DNA of 64,000 bases from Liolophura sinensis (lineage: Eukaryota): the NCBI RefSeq assembly GCF_032854445.1, contig NC_088300.1, forward strand, positions 74,640,302 through 74,704,301. Reading direction: 5' to 3'. Of the stretch, positions 47,521 through 60,798 are shown piece by piece. The notes under the pieces are model-generated. The model ran no database searches. It had not been told where the DNA came from and saw only the letters and a list, made by a program, of their open reading frames with translations. The first letter of the stretch is position 1. Every line of letters begins with the position of its first letter. The position numbers and the translations under genes were made by a program.

Positions 47521-50500
47521 GAATGGCGCTAAATAACACTCAGATATAAAGTACTTCGTATGTGGATGGAAGGCACATGGTCACAACCGAACTTAACTGT
47601 GGTCAACTGGTCATTCAAGACCACCAACTTAATTGTGGTCATACAAGACCACACAAAAGAACATATTCGTTCGTTAATTCTCATGGCTACAGTATGGAAG
47701 TGGTGAAATCTTACAGTGTTGAAGTCACACGGTTGAATTCCCAAACTGTAAATGAATGACCCTATTTAAACCGTTCGCCACGTGTGAACATTTCCACCTG
47801 TTGTTGTCTGCCTCGCTGTGGTCAGTCCGTTGATCTGGCCCCCTATATTTTCTTTCGTTTATCGCCTATATTCAGCTGTCGGTAAAATGAGTCGCATTCA
47901 CTATCGAAATTGCCTTTTGTTAGTAACACGTAACACCACAAGCTTTACACATGATTTGATAAAATAGCAGTCAAGAGTGCTATTTTTATTCCTAATTTTA
48001 AATTCCGAAAGCTTGATTTTTTACAACACCATGAGCGAATTGCCTCAGGTGTCATAATATTCGGGCATACTGTGATAGTGGCATACTGGATATTGGGCGG
48101 AGTCAAATGTTTTGATGGATGGCGACACTAGTTACCTAAACTGCCATCGAATTTACTGTAAACCCTGTTTCCAGCACTGCCATATTTGAAATTGTTTACA
48201 CGTTTTAGTATAATATAATCTTAACAAATTAATGTTATTTTAACGCTTGTAGATTATGATTTCACGGTAGTATGGTTTTAGAGTTGATGTTATGAAATTG
48301 TCTTCTAAATTTCAGAGTACTGTTTTTTAATTAAAAAGTCAAAAGAAACAGGCTATAGATTTTTATCTCTCTGCGGCATTTGGCCTAAGGGCTCACATAG
48401 ATATATTGTATATGAAGGAGTTAGGTACCAATTGTTTAGAAACAGTATATTGTGTACTTTCCACCCTTCAGGACTCGATAGGATCAAGGGGCGGGACCTT
48501 GTATCGTTTAAGGAAAACTAGATGTCTGTCACTCACGTGATAAGCCCACCCAGTCGTTGTCATCACGCGCGTGGGTACTGTCGGATTGTATTAGACAATA
48601 CAGTCATTAAACACTGTTACAGTAAAAGGGTACTAGCCTGTAGTGCGCGGGGCAACATAAACGTTAAGGTAAGTGGGAGGCTCGTGAACTTATCTCTCAT
48701 GTAATTTCATTTATATCTAGGTGACGGAAAAGATCGAGGGAAAAAAAAACAGTCACCAGATTTTGGTGGAAAATTTTGAACGCATATGTCCAAAACTTGA
48801 TAAAAGTACGATTTTGTTGAATTTTAGGATTTCTTTCATGCAGATTGAAGCTATTCCGGTATTTTCACTGAGGTTGAACATTTAAAGCTTCCGTTATAAT
48901 ACTGTGGTGTGCATATTTATACCACGAGGAGCCTTTACTATGATACAGGAAGCAATCAACAACAATGACATAATTCTTGCAATTTCTGTTTTAGGGTCAG
49001 ACAACTGTTCTCTCTTTAACTGCAATCTTTCTTTCCAATCACGAGTATAAAAATACATGATAGGGTTTACACGAACAATCCATGATCTGCTACTGCCTGA
49101 TCACGCTTATCGGTTCTCCATTTTGTATTACATAAGACTGGAAGTAACAACAGCCTACCTACCCACCCTACCTACCCCATCCCCGCCCCGGCTACTCACG
49201 CATGGTACAGGCTTATAGGTCCCGTAGATACCATGTTCTATTGACAATTTCAGACATCCCATCCAGCGTCAAGCACTCCTTGTTTTGTTAAACCGAGAAC
49301 AGCATTGCGTACATGAACTGCCTTGGGTAAATCGACGTCATCTTTGTCGTCTCTTTGTAATTATCTATCCCACTTCGAGTGTCGCCCAACTAAAACAGGC
49401 CCAGCATTATAGTTCATGAAAGGTAATCGCATTTCCTAGTCTATTCCATAACATGTGCTTTTCATAAGTTTGTGTGTTTTTCTTTTGGGATCGTTTTGGT
49501 TAGTGCCAGTCCATGGACATGTTTTTTAGCCTGGAGGAACATTCGATTCCCCTTGTTTAACAGTAGGGAAGGTTAAACGTGGCGTGGTGTGAACAGCGGT
49601 TAATGTTCCTTAGTGTAAATCAGGCACAATTTTGAATGTTTCTCCACCATCATAGCGTTGCTGAGTTACTGAGTTACTCCATTATGTAACAGGCCCTATC
49701 GTCCTACTGTTTACATATTTACAAACAAGCAAACATCTTACAGCATACAGAGATAACTGCAGTAGAGTAGGCGCACCTGATCGTTGTATATTAGTGCGAG
49801 ATAGCCATTTACCCGTGCACCTGGAATATCACTTTGTGAGAGCCCAGAGGAAACGCATGCAAGGGACCGTCCACGTATTTATTTCATCCATACAGTTAAC
49901 TTTAAATCCAAAGCGTTTCAACAACTGTCTGCACTGAAAAACAGTTACCAATCGACCTACTATGTTTTAATATATAAAAGCTGTTTTTGCTCAACATCTC
50001 CGACTGATTTGTTTGACAAAGGTCGAAAATAATTCTCGTATCATGTTATACATCCTTTTGAAAAGCTTAATAACTAATAGTTTTTACTAAGAGGAAAACC
50101 GTTACAGACAGCAGTATGTACATGCAGTGGTGTTTTTTTCCATGGGCGTGTTTGGGACGACAGGCCAAACTCTAACACCGTGGGCATCGCATTGATATAC
50201 GTTTCTATACATACGTCAATACATAAGCCACGTACAAAATTTTAAATCATTGTTTAGTAGAAAAATCTTCGTTAATTAATCAGTTGACTCTGACAATGAT
50301 GTAATCCAAAGTGGTCAGGTTACCTGGGGTGTACTGCAATAAGAAGCAGTGTATTTACAGGGAAGTTCACTGTTCGGCATACAGTGCATTTGCGTGTAAA
50401 CAGCTCTCTTCTACTGTAGATCTATGCCAAATATACCGTATAGTTACGTTGCAATGTGGTAAAACTGCAATATCATTTTATGCTTTTTTTTCGCAGCCAA

Positions 50501-51589
50501 ATTGCTGTAAAGATACAAACATCAATAAAATATATACAGGCATTTTATTCAGTGCATGCAAGAGATGTAAACAAGTAGTGATTCCTCATTGATTGTCTAT
50601 ATGTTTTTAGTATCTTCCAGTCAAATTCCGCGCGATGGTAAGTTGGGTCCAACGCAGACTTGACCACAGTCCTCTCACATTATATGCGCAAGTAATACGT
50701 AAACAATTTGCCCATAACAATTTGCAACTTAGGCCCGCATATGTTTAGTCCCAATTCAGTAAATCACGCCCATGTGTCAGATATAACTGGTTTAGGTTTA
50801 TTCTATGCATAGCTCTTCTTCGTGCAAGACGGCACGGAAACTGTGAAACGAACAACACAGAGTAAGCTTATACGTAGTGATTGCTGCTAGCATGTTGAAA
50901 TATTTCATTTTCAGTTCTGACCCTCATTATACTCAAGTCACACCCCAGCCACATCCCAGTTCTATCTTAAGTATTGCCACTTAGTCTTAGACCAGTGGGG
51001 TATTAATCCAGCTTTAACTGGATGAATCATTATTTTAAAATTATACATAGGTGGTTTATATATGTACTCCGTATATTGGATATTTACATCATTCCGTGGT
51101 CGTCTGTGTCTTGTTTAGAGATAAAATTATTGTAAAACGTTAGACTGACGCAAGAAAAAAAGAATGGTAATGCGGAGACAACAAAGGAATGCGTATATAA
51201 AATACAATGAAAATATTACAGCCACAGTGAAATACTTTTACCGCGGAGAGAAGTTCCCAATCGGAAACGTAGAGGTTGGCATTAATTGTTGTATCAGAGA
51301 ACCGACACATTTGATTGTCTCCCATGTATTTGCGAACAGGGTTTAATTTCCGTGGAGAACAAATCTCCGAGAGAAGCAACAGCACGCATCATGGTGATAT
51401 CAATCACTGATCAAGAAATCTAGTATTGTTTATGTCATCATGCCTAATACGGTGCCTCGTGGACATTCCCGCTGACCCTGAGTATAGAGGTCAGCACCAT
51501 ACAGATAACGACTGACCTCTTCTTATCTTAAACCTGATCCGGATTAGACATGAGAACGGAACACACACGGCCGGTAAAATGTCGTCTGA

Positions 51590-53262
51590 ATGGGCGGGGA
51601 AACGCTTCTGTGTGAGCGGAGAAGCTATGCACGCTTGTGCATGAGCGGGGAAGCTATGCACGCTTGTGCATGAGCGGGGAAGCTCTACATGCACACTTCT
51701 GTGGAGCTATGCAAGATCGTGAATAGGCGGAAAACTACGTACGCTTCTGTGTTCGTGGGAAAGCCATATACGCACGCTTCGGTATGGATGAGAAGCTATG
51801 CAAGCTCGTGTATGGGCGGGAAACTACGCACGTTTCTGCATGACCAGGGAAGCTTTCCACGCACCTGGATGGGCGGGGAAGCTATGCATGCTTCCGTATG
51901 GTCGGAGAGCTATGGGCGGGGGAACTATACGCGCGTCTGTATGCTGCACGCAAGCTCATAAATGGACGTTGAACTGCACGGTATGTGCGGGAAGATATGC
52001 ATGCTTTCGTACGAGTGGAAAGCTATATATGCACGCTTCTCTATGGGTGGCTATATATGCACGCTTTTCTATGGGTGGGAACCTATATATGCATGCTTCT
52101 CCTTGGGTGGGAAGCTAATCAAGCTTTATGGACGGGGAACTATGCACCCTATGCATGGGCCTTTGTACGAACGCCTCTACATGTCCGGAAAGCTACAAAC
52201 GCAACTGTATGGATTGGGACGCTTTATATTCAAGTTTCTGTGTAGGCAGGAAATCTATGCACACTACTTTATGGATAGGGAATCTATGTACACTACTGTG
52301 TGGGCAGAGAATTTATGCACACTTTTGTGTGGACAGGGAATCTATGTACAATTCTGTGTGGGCAGAGAATCTATTCACACTTCTGTGCGGGCAGGAAATC
52401 TATGCACACTTTTGTGAGGGCAGAGAATCTATGCTCACTACTGTGTGAGAAGAGAATCTATGCACACTGTTGTGCGGGCAGGGAATCTATGCACACTACT
52501 GTGCGGGCAGGAAATCTATGCAGTCTTTTGTGTGGGCAGAGAATCTTTGTACACTTCTGTGTGGGCAGAGAATCTATGCACACTTCTGTGTGGGCAGGGA
52601 ATCTATGCACACTTTGTGTGGGCAGGGAATCTATGCTCACTACTGTGTGAGAAGAGAATCTATGCACACTGTTGTGCGGGCAGGGAATCTATGCACATTT
52701 TGTGTGGGCAGGAAATCTATGCACACTACTGTGTGGGCAGGAAATCTATGCACACTTCTGTGTGGGCAGGGAATCTATGCAGTCTTTTGTGTGGGCAGAG
52801 AATCTTTGTACACTTCTGTGTGGGCAGAGAATCTATGCACACTTCTGTGTGGGCAGGGAATCTATGCACACTTTGTGTGGGCAGGGAATCTATGCTCACT
52901 ACTGTGTGAGAAGAGAATCTATGCACACTGTTGTGCGGGCAGGGAATCTATGCACATTTTGTGTGGGCAGGAAATCTATGCACACTACTGTGTGGGCAGG
53001 AAATCTATGCACACTTCTGTGTGGGCAGGGAATCTATGCAGTCTTTTGTGTGGGCAGAGAATCTTTGTACACTTCTGTGTGGGCAGAGAATCTATGCACA
53101 CTTCTGTGTGGGCAGGGAATCTATGCACACTTCTGTGAGGGCAGAGAATCTATGCCCACTTCTGTGTGGGTAGGAAATCTATGCACACTTCTGTGTGGGC
53201 AGAGAATCTATGCATACGTCTGTGTGGGCAGAGAATCTTTGCACACGTCTGTATTGACGTGG
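51590..53262. repeat. Satellite array of ~33-bp units (~50 copies; GTGTGGGCAGGGAATCTATGCACACTTCT) with a ~260-bp higher-order repeat in its 3' half and a divergence gradient toward the 5' end
   Basis: The landmark ctgtgtgagaagagaatctatgcacactgttgtgcgggcagggaatctatgcaca recurs at 52441, 52641 and 52901. Units at 51600-52200 are older variants (gggcggggaagctatgcacgcttgtgcatgagc). The + strand is open in three frames, an artefact of the periodicity. Confidence 0.9.
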
Positions 53263-54758
53263 AAAGTCTGACCGACTTTAAGTAAAGCGGCTGACTGATG
53301 AATGAACCCGGACATCAACCTTGGTGGAATAGTGTTAACCATGACCACTAGCACAATATTTTCAGTGTAATTGGGGTCAAGCAGATATTCAAACACCACT
53401 GGTTAGCCGCCATGCTCAGTAATCACAACATCACAATCACAAGTAGTTCTATTGTTGTATAGATGTGCACACGTGATAAATTTGATGATGATGTCGACAT
53501 AGGAGTTTGGCTGGCTATTCTGTTTTCGCCGAGTGCTGGTGCACTCAGTTTCATATTCATATTATTTGCAGAGTCATGGTACATACTGGAACGGTTGAAT
53601 ATGATTAATTAGTTTTTCATGTGCTTAAATCTACTGCATCATCTACTCTTATCTTTGGCAATTTTCAGCAATGTAGACCTGTTTCACTAAGGTGAAAAAC
53701 GCACACGCACATTTTACATTTGTAAGCTTTTCCGAGAGAGCTATATGGCAAAATGCACTTTATGTGAACAGCGTGACACATTCATTTGTAAATTTCCTAA
53801 CTGGCCAGTAGTAGGGTCAAAGGATGTGTCTGTCTGGTCTTTAAAATTCCAGTACGTTCATTAAATAAAAGATGTCATTTCGGCATTTGGTTTTCTTATT
53901 GTGGGTGAACATATTCGGAGACATTTGGTGCCCAGTGAACCATTGAAATCAATTGAGGCAGTGTGTCCTTTCTCCTTTGGACCTGTCCCCAGTACAAGTT
54001 GATATCAATCTCTCTCGACCCTATTTTCAGTGTCATTCAAAATAGAAATTCAGATCTTGCTATTTCGTTGCACTCACATGTGATAAACAGTATTAAAATA
54101 CAACCTGTAGACGGGGTTATATCTGGGGCTTGACAGTATATTCATGGTTCACTCTTTTGAATTCTAATGGGAGATATGAGGACATCTGGGGTCCCTAAAC
54201 ACAGTTTGTATTGAACTAAAAAGCCGTTACTGACCTAGAAGTGACGTGTGAAGCTCAATTATCACATGTAGAACAGGAGGATAGTTGAAGCAAACAGGTA
54301 AAAACGAGCATTTTTCTTCATTCAATAGTGCCTTTTTAACAATAAGTGAGGAAACACTTTGCAAGGCGAGTTAATTCCATTGGAATATAGTGGTTATTTG
54401 AGGAAATAGTAGTTGTCGTGTTTTTAAGAAGTAATATCACTGGTAAGTCTCGTTCTGCAGAAAACGGCATTGTTTTGATATGAGAACCTGTACAACCTGA
54501 GCAGGTGCCCTTGGGGTTACAAATACGTATAGATAAAGCGTTGCTCTACCTTCCTATTCCGAAAGAATGGAGAGAAGGCTGTCAGCTTCCAGAAGCAAAT
54601 TGAAGATTTAATGAAGCGCAAGTTTTGGTTTGGCATTTTGAGTGTTTTCCTGTGAGCCAAGTTAAGAAAGTATCAACATTTGATTGGTCAGTAAACCGTC
54701 AGGATAAAACGAACGTCTGCTGCAAAACATTACAGAATATTACATTATTAACATATTT

Positions 54759-56912
54759 GTGGAATATTTCTTTTACAGAACTCCTGAACACGAAGAACAA
54801 TACATAAGGGCTGTCATCATGGTTAAAAAGCAACTGGTGATCTCACGACGGGTCTACCAGCAGGAAGATTTTGACAAGCTTTACCCGGACGAAATCAAAC
54901 AGCAGATGACTGTCCCGGACAGGATCCGAGCTCAGTGTTACTGTTCTAAGACCAGGCTGTGGAAGTTTTTTACCACAATCTTGCCTATCATTGGCGTGGT
55001 CAGGAAGTACAGGCTGAGGGAGTACATTGTGGGAGATATTCTGGCCGGACTGACTGTAGCCATCATGCACATTCCCCAGGGCATGGGCTTCGGAATCCTG
55101 GCTTCCCTCAAACCCATCTACGGTCTGTACACATCCTTCTGGCCAGTGCTCTTTTACATGATTTTTGGGACAAGCACTCACGTTTCCTTTGGAACAAACG
55201 CCGTAATTTGTCTTCTGGTGGCAGCAATAACATCACGACAAATGGAAACTTTCCAGTTCGACCTAGCCGGTTTTAATTCCACTCTATCAAATGACACCGC
55301 AGACATAGATAGCCTGATGGAAGCCGCAGGTCTGGAGTATAGGGTAAGCATCACAGCGGCTACAGCTTTCCTTGCCGGAGTTATTCTTTTTGGCATGGGT
55401 ATTTTGCGCCTTGGTTTTGTCACCCTTTACCTATCGGATTCCTTCATAAGCGGCTTCACGACTGGTGCTGCAGTCCACATCACCACCAGCCAGGTGCCCA
55501 AAATGCTGGCGTTTGGTGTGGGAAGTATTCAAGGAGCTGGCAAGATTGTGCGTACATATATTGCTATCTTCCGCGACATAACGAAGACAAACGTTGCTGA
55601 TCTCCTTATAGCTGTTATATCCATAATTGTACTAGTGCTGGTAAAAGAGTGCATCAACGAGCGCTTCAAATCAAAGATGAAAATGCCCGTGCCAATAGAT
55701 CTAATCGTTGTCATTATTGGAACTATTATCTCTCATTTTGGTAGACTCAGCGAAGTCTTTGGCGTTACCATAGTCGGCCAGATTCCTCCTGGTATTCCTA
55801 CACCAGCGGTACCTCCTTTGGACGAGGTTGGCAATTTTGCTGTAGATTCCTTTGTTATTGCCATTCTCATATTTGCCATGACGATCGCAATGGCTAAATT
55901 AATGGCCAAGAAACACTCTTATGAGATTGACGACAATCAGGAGTTGATCGCTTACGGTCTGACTAATGTTATCAGTAGCTTTCTCTTGTGTTTCCCGTCG
56001 TGCGTGGCTCCACCCAGAACGATGCTACAGAGCTCTATGGGCGCCAGAACAACACTGTGTGGTGTCTTCACGGCAGCTCTCCTGTTCCTCGTCATCATGG
56101 CCATTGGGCCTCTCTTTCAATCACTTCCAGTTTCACTGCTCGCCGCCATGATCGTTGTTGCTATGAAAGGACTTTTCATGCAAGTTTTTGATTTAAAACT
56201 TTATTGGAAAGTAAATATTTTCGACCTGGTTTCGTGGCTTGGAACCTTCTTGGCAGTTGTCCTCATCGATATTGACATCGGTCTGGTTGTAGGAGTGGGA
56301 CTGTCCGCCTTCACAGTGCTTATACAGAGCCAGTTTGCCAAAGGCTATCTGCTGGGAAAAGCTGCGGAAGAGGATGTCTACGCCTCGGCGGAGAAGAAAG
56401 GCATCAACAGCGTGCCAGGTGTGAGGGTGTTCAGATTTGAGGCGTCTCTGTACTATGCTACCGCAGAGATATTTAGATCCCGCCTGTACAAGGCCACAAT
56501 AAATCCCAAGAAATTCATGAAAGCAAGGGCGAAAGCGGAGAAGTTGAGTCTAACTTCCTGCGAATCCAGCTCAAGTGAAGGGAACGCGAAAAATGAAAAC
56601 AGCAACAATGGTAAAGCTAATGCGGCGCAACTAGCTTCTGACGGCATACACCACGTGGTCATTGACTGCCAACCATTTAGCTACATTGACATCGCTGGTA
56701 TAAAGATGTTGCGTCAGGTGATCACCGAGATGAAGACTGCTGACGTCACAGTGTTCCTCTACGGGTGTTCTCTCAGGATGATGCGGGCCCTTGAGGGAGG
56801 GTCTTTCTTTGACGCCGTTCCCAAGGATCATGTTTTCCTGGACGTCTATGACGCTGTCCAGGCTGTTCGGCTGAATGAATCAGACGAAGAGGTAATCGTC
56901 ACTAAGCTATGA
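54759..56912 (+). CDS. SLC26-family (SulP) anion transporter with C-terminal STAS domain; a single uninterrupted 717-codon ORF (the true start may be the in-frame ATG at 54819, MVKKQLVISRRVYQQ…)
   Basis: The ORF shows the SLC26 N-terminal signature (…RLWKFFTTILPIIGVVRKYRLREYIVGDILAGLTVAIMHIPQGMGFGILASLKPIYGLYTSFWPVLFYMIFGTSTHVSFG), a multi-helix hydrophobic core, a STAS-like C-terminal domain (GVRVFRFEASLYYATAEIF…HHVVIDCQPFSYIDIAGIKMLRQVI…TVFLYGCSLRMMRALEGGSFF) and a PDZ-class-I-like end VTKL*. There are no internal stops over 2154 nt. An acceptor-like ttttacag lies at 54770-54777, just upstream of the ATG at 54819. Confidence 0.85.
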   Translation: MEYFFYRTPEHEEQYIRAVIMVKKQLVISRRVYQQEDFDKLYPDEIKQQMTVPDRIRAQCYCSKTRLWKFFTTILPIIGVVRKYRLREYIVGDILAGLTVAIMHIPQGMGFGILASLKPIYGLYTSFWPVLFYMIFGTSTHVSFGTNAVICLLVAAITSRQMETFQFDLAGFNSTLSNDTADIDSLMEAAGLEYRVSITAATAFLAGVILFGMGILRLGFVTLYLSDSFISGFTTGAAVHITTSQVPKMLAFGVGSIQGAGKIVRTYIAIFRDITKTNVADLLIAVISIIVLVLVKECINERFKSKMKMPVPIDLIVVIIGTIISHFGRLSEVFGVTIVGQIPPGIPTPAVPPLDEVGNFAVDSFVIAILIFAMTIAMAKLMAKKHSYEIDDNQELIAYGLTNVISSFLLCFPSCVAPPRTMLQSSMGARTTLCGVFTAALLFLVIMAIGPLFQSLPVSLLAAMIVVAMKGLFMQVFDLKLYWKVNIFDLVSWLGTFLAVVLIDIDIGLVVGVGLSAFTVLIQSQFAKGYLLGKAAEEDVYASAEKKGINSVPGVRVFRFEASLYYATAEIFRSRLYKATINPKKFMKARAKAEKLSLTSCESSSSEGNAKNENSNNGKANAAQLASDGIHHVVIDCQPFSYIDIAGIKMLRQVITEMKTADVTVFLYGCSLRMMRALEGGSFFDAVPKDHVFLDVYDAVQAVRLNESDEEVIVTKL

Positions 56913-59529
56913 TGGCTTTCTCCGCCATCCTCAAGCAAAATGTTCTCTGTGCATTTGTCTGTATAATCTCAGCTTGGATCAAAGAGCACGGTTTGAGTTG
57001 AACATCTGCTTTTCAGACATTGTACCTTGACCTCGAATAACGCAAAAATTGCACCTGGATTTATTTAATCGTGTATTTCCTGGCCCTCTGTGGTGAGCCT
57101 TTATTAAATGAATCTCATCTGCACAGGTTTACCATATATGCTGTGCGTGTATTATTCCAGTTGTAATGTTTGTTTCTAACCATGCACAGGGAACTGGAAT
57201 TCAAAACCATATAATCATGGTATTTACCTAATACATTTGTAACTTTATCACAATCTGTATAATATGTCATAGCGACTGGAGTGGAATATAAATAGAATTA
57301 GAAAACTGTGCTTTTTCATTAAGGGATTGTGTGCCTTCTGGTTTCCTTCAGCCATAAAACACACCGTCTTCGGACAAGTGATAAACTCGTGCATTCCGCT
57401 TTAAACACCGATCAAATAAATACATTTTCTTTATTTGCGATCCTCTATATGTCAAAGTAGGTTTTAGCTGTTTAGTATAGGCTCTGGGGATCGCTGTATA
57501 CAGCAGACTGAATGCAGCAAGTTATAGTTATGACAGCGTGGAAGATCAATCTGTATATGATACACGTATTCTAGCTGGGTTTACACAAAACATTTTTATA
57601 TATAAATATATATTTGGAGAACTTTTTTAACATTTATTTTGGTTTGTTTCAATTGCAGTCCGGAGATGACGGTGACGAAAGTCAGAATTTCAAGGTTTAA
57701 GCTATAGTTTTTATACTCATATGCATTTGTGTTGTTAGTTTTGTAAGCTATTTCCCGTAGATGCGCAGTGTATGAAGATCAGTACAAATAAAACGCATCC
57801 TGTTATAAAGTAATCCATATCACGTATTTACATCTCACACTCGTATATAATAATATAGTCTGGCCTAATGCAAACATGTATGAAAGCCTGTACTGTTCCA
57901 GCATTTAATAACTCAGTAATTGGATATCTGAAGTTACGACCTAATTAGGCCTTATTATTTTTTTTTCAATAAATAATTAATACTGGAAGTTTTGCCATTC
58001 ATGTGTTTTTATTTGTATTTTTAAAACACCGAGTAGAATAATGGGGATCATTTATCCCGTATTTTTGATTGCCCTTGTAACAGCCAGCATTGTATTATAA
58101 TCACTTTGAAACATTATGTACATGTGATACAATGATGAAATAATCAAGGACCATGTGCATGTATATTGTACTGTCGGTTAGAATCCAGTCGACAAGTTGG
58201 GACCCATCATAATCTTGAGCCAGTGGGTAAAAAGTGCTCGAAATCTAATTTTGAGCTATTGCGTGTAACATGTATGCAATTTTGAATTAGTGGGTATGAA
58301 GTATACAAAACCATATTTCGAGTTATTACGTGCTAAATAAAAACACTGTGCGAGGTACAAATTTACACGTCCACAGTGACAGTTCATCAGTAGCTCATGA
58401 AGATCTGTTAAAAACATTACACAATTTGTGTTTCTCTGGTGCGCTAATCAATGTGGATATGGATTTTGCCATAATGATGCGTTCAACTTATATACAGTAC
58501 TCCTTAAACAATATAACGTGTACATGGCCCAATTTTGATGGATTGATTGATTGATTGGTTGGTTGATTGGTGTTTTCCGCCGTGCTCAAGAATATTTCAG
58601 TCACTGCAAAGATTGGAAAGTTGTTTGAAAGATACAGATATACAATAAATACTACAATTATAATAATTTCTTATACAATACTGATTTGACACAAGTGAAG
58701 TTGTATAATGTTTGTCCAAGACTCTCAATGTAGGCCTGTGATGTCTTGTAAAAGTAATGTGAAAATCTTGCAACTGATAAAATTGAAACGAATTTTTGGA
58801 GAAATTCCTTGCGTTGTTCCTTCATGTCCACAGCGCTTCCTCCTGCTGTTATACTGTTCCTCTTCCTGCTATGCCATTCCTCACTTTGTTATGCCGTTCC
58901 TCCTCTTCCTATGCCGTTCCTCCTCCAAAGAAAGCTTATTTGTCAAACAATAAGACGACATGACCTTAGCACCTGCAGTAGTGGCTATACTCGTCATCAG
59001 TATATGTTCTTTTAAATATCGAAGACGGTTATTTTCAATCCAAAATACTGCTGAAACTGACTAAATCGTGTGACAGGTGCCGGAACAAGGTTCAATCCGT
59101 AGCTTTATCCAGTCTCACTAAAATACGATCTTGTACCCACACATATGGTTTAGTCTATATGTCAGAAGTATCACTTACTCCCTGATCCTTCCCCTTAGGT
59201 TTAATCGACTTCCTGTTTCCGAATTTTGGAGAATTGAAATCTTTTGAAATCACGAATCTGATATATACCAAACTATGACTTCTCCGTTCTGATGTGGGCT
59301 TCCGGTGTTACTTCTGGTGTAATAAAGACAAGTCAGAACAGAGAGCGACTACTGGATCTGCCATTAGGTGAGACTGTGGCTAGGTTATACCAAACAATTA
59401 ATATAGTTACATGAAACTTTTTCATACCCCATCATGGCCGGATCTTTCTTGGGCCTTACCGGATCTCATGACAAAACCCAAGTGTACCAGCACTTTATCC
59501 ATGTACCTAATTTCAAAGAAATCTTGCTG

Positions 59530-60140
59530 TTAACATTTGAAACACGTGATCTCCCTCACTGTGGATCATTATAAACATGTAATACTGGTGACGCCCACGT
59601 GATAGTTCTAATCTGGTTCAATGACATATTTTGCGTACATTGAATGCTGAAGCGATTAGCGCCATACGACGTCAAGGAGAGGGGGAACCAGCCAGACGGT
59701 TTGTCATACTAAACACTTGATACTTGTGACGCCACACACGGTGGGTCATCATAAACACGTCATACACGTGACATCATACAAGGTGGGTCGCCATAAACAG
59801 GTGATACGTGTGACGTCCATGCGGTGGGTCAAACTAAACACTTGATAGTTGTAACGCCCATTCTGTAAGCCATGGTGTGCTATGGGGCGTGGAATTTGCT
59901 ACCATATAAGCATTTACATGAAATGTTAGACTAAATAAAAGCCTAACTGAATTAAGCTAACAAAGATCGTAAATGTGCTGACAACACAGTATCTTGAGTA
60001 ATTCCAAATCAGTGACGTCCAGTAAACTGCAATTAAAATTACTGCATTTTTTTTACGTAATCCTGCACAAGGCATGGTGCTAGGTGGCGTGTAATTTGCT
60101 ACTATATAATCATTTAGATGAACAGTTATTATAAAATTCT
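59530..60140. repeat. Cluster of ~55-60-bp direct repeats (…cttgata(c/g)ttgtgacgcc…ggtgggtca…ataaacacgt…) plus a duplicated ~65-bp segment (59866..59930 ≈ 60071..60135) about 0.8-1.4 kb upstream of alpha-tubulin
   Basis: Direct inspection. Confidence 0.6.
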
Positions 60141-60798
60141 AATTGATGTAAACTGAAAAACATCCCTAACCTGCTGTTTATCACTCTGTTGTCGTTGCTC
60201 TGGTTTCACTATCTGGGCTGTAAGTCATTGTTATATACTAAAACGTCATGTGTCATACTTAAAGACACAATACCTGAAGAAATCTGACAATGGCTAAAAC
60301 CAAACGCCGGAAGTTTATGACCCCTTGTGGTGTGGCCTTAGTCCGACAGTTACTACCGTTTAGGAGTTCCATTTCAAGAGCTCTTAACTGGACTGACGGA
60401 CTTTGAGGCACGCCACAAAGATATGCACAGCTGTCAGATAACACAATTTCCATATGCAATCGTATTTCCTTGTGCACAAAAAACACACAACACTTAAAAC
60501 AAGGGCATTTCACCCACAGATATTTCGTGTCAGTATACATAAACAAAGCCATACAACCGCTACGACAGACGACTACTTCACCATTGCCAAATCCTGGCGT
60601 CCACAAGTAACCTTATAACAAAAGAACAATCTGCCCGGATTAAGTCAAAGAATGATAATCCATTAATTCTACATTTAACGCATGCGACGCCGTATCGTTA
60701 GACTGCGAGAAACACACTGCATCTGTGACTTGTCCTGTCAGGTCCGTTGCCGTGGTCGGAACCACTGGTAACAATGGATTAACGTGGCAAAGGGGAGA

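Noticed and set aside
44130-53262. CRISPR-like regular repeats
   Set aside because: Eukaryotic context. The intervals between repeat cores are themselves repeats (no unique spacers). Unit length and higher-order-repeat structure fit satellite DNA.
51689-53271. Many overlapping + strand ORFs up to 222 aa (CGQGIYAHFCVGRESMHTSVWAGNLCTLL repeats)
   Set aside because: Same artefact on the second satellite: periodic, stop-free in all three frames.
54843-55423. Minus-strand ORFs of 81-112 aa inside the SLC26 locus
   Set aside because: Antisense to a well-supported sense ORF.
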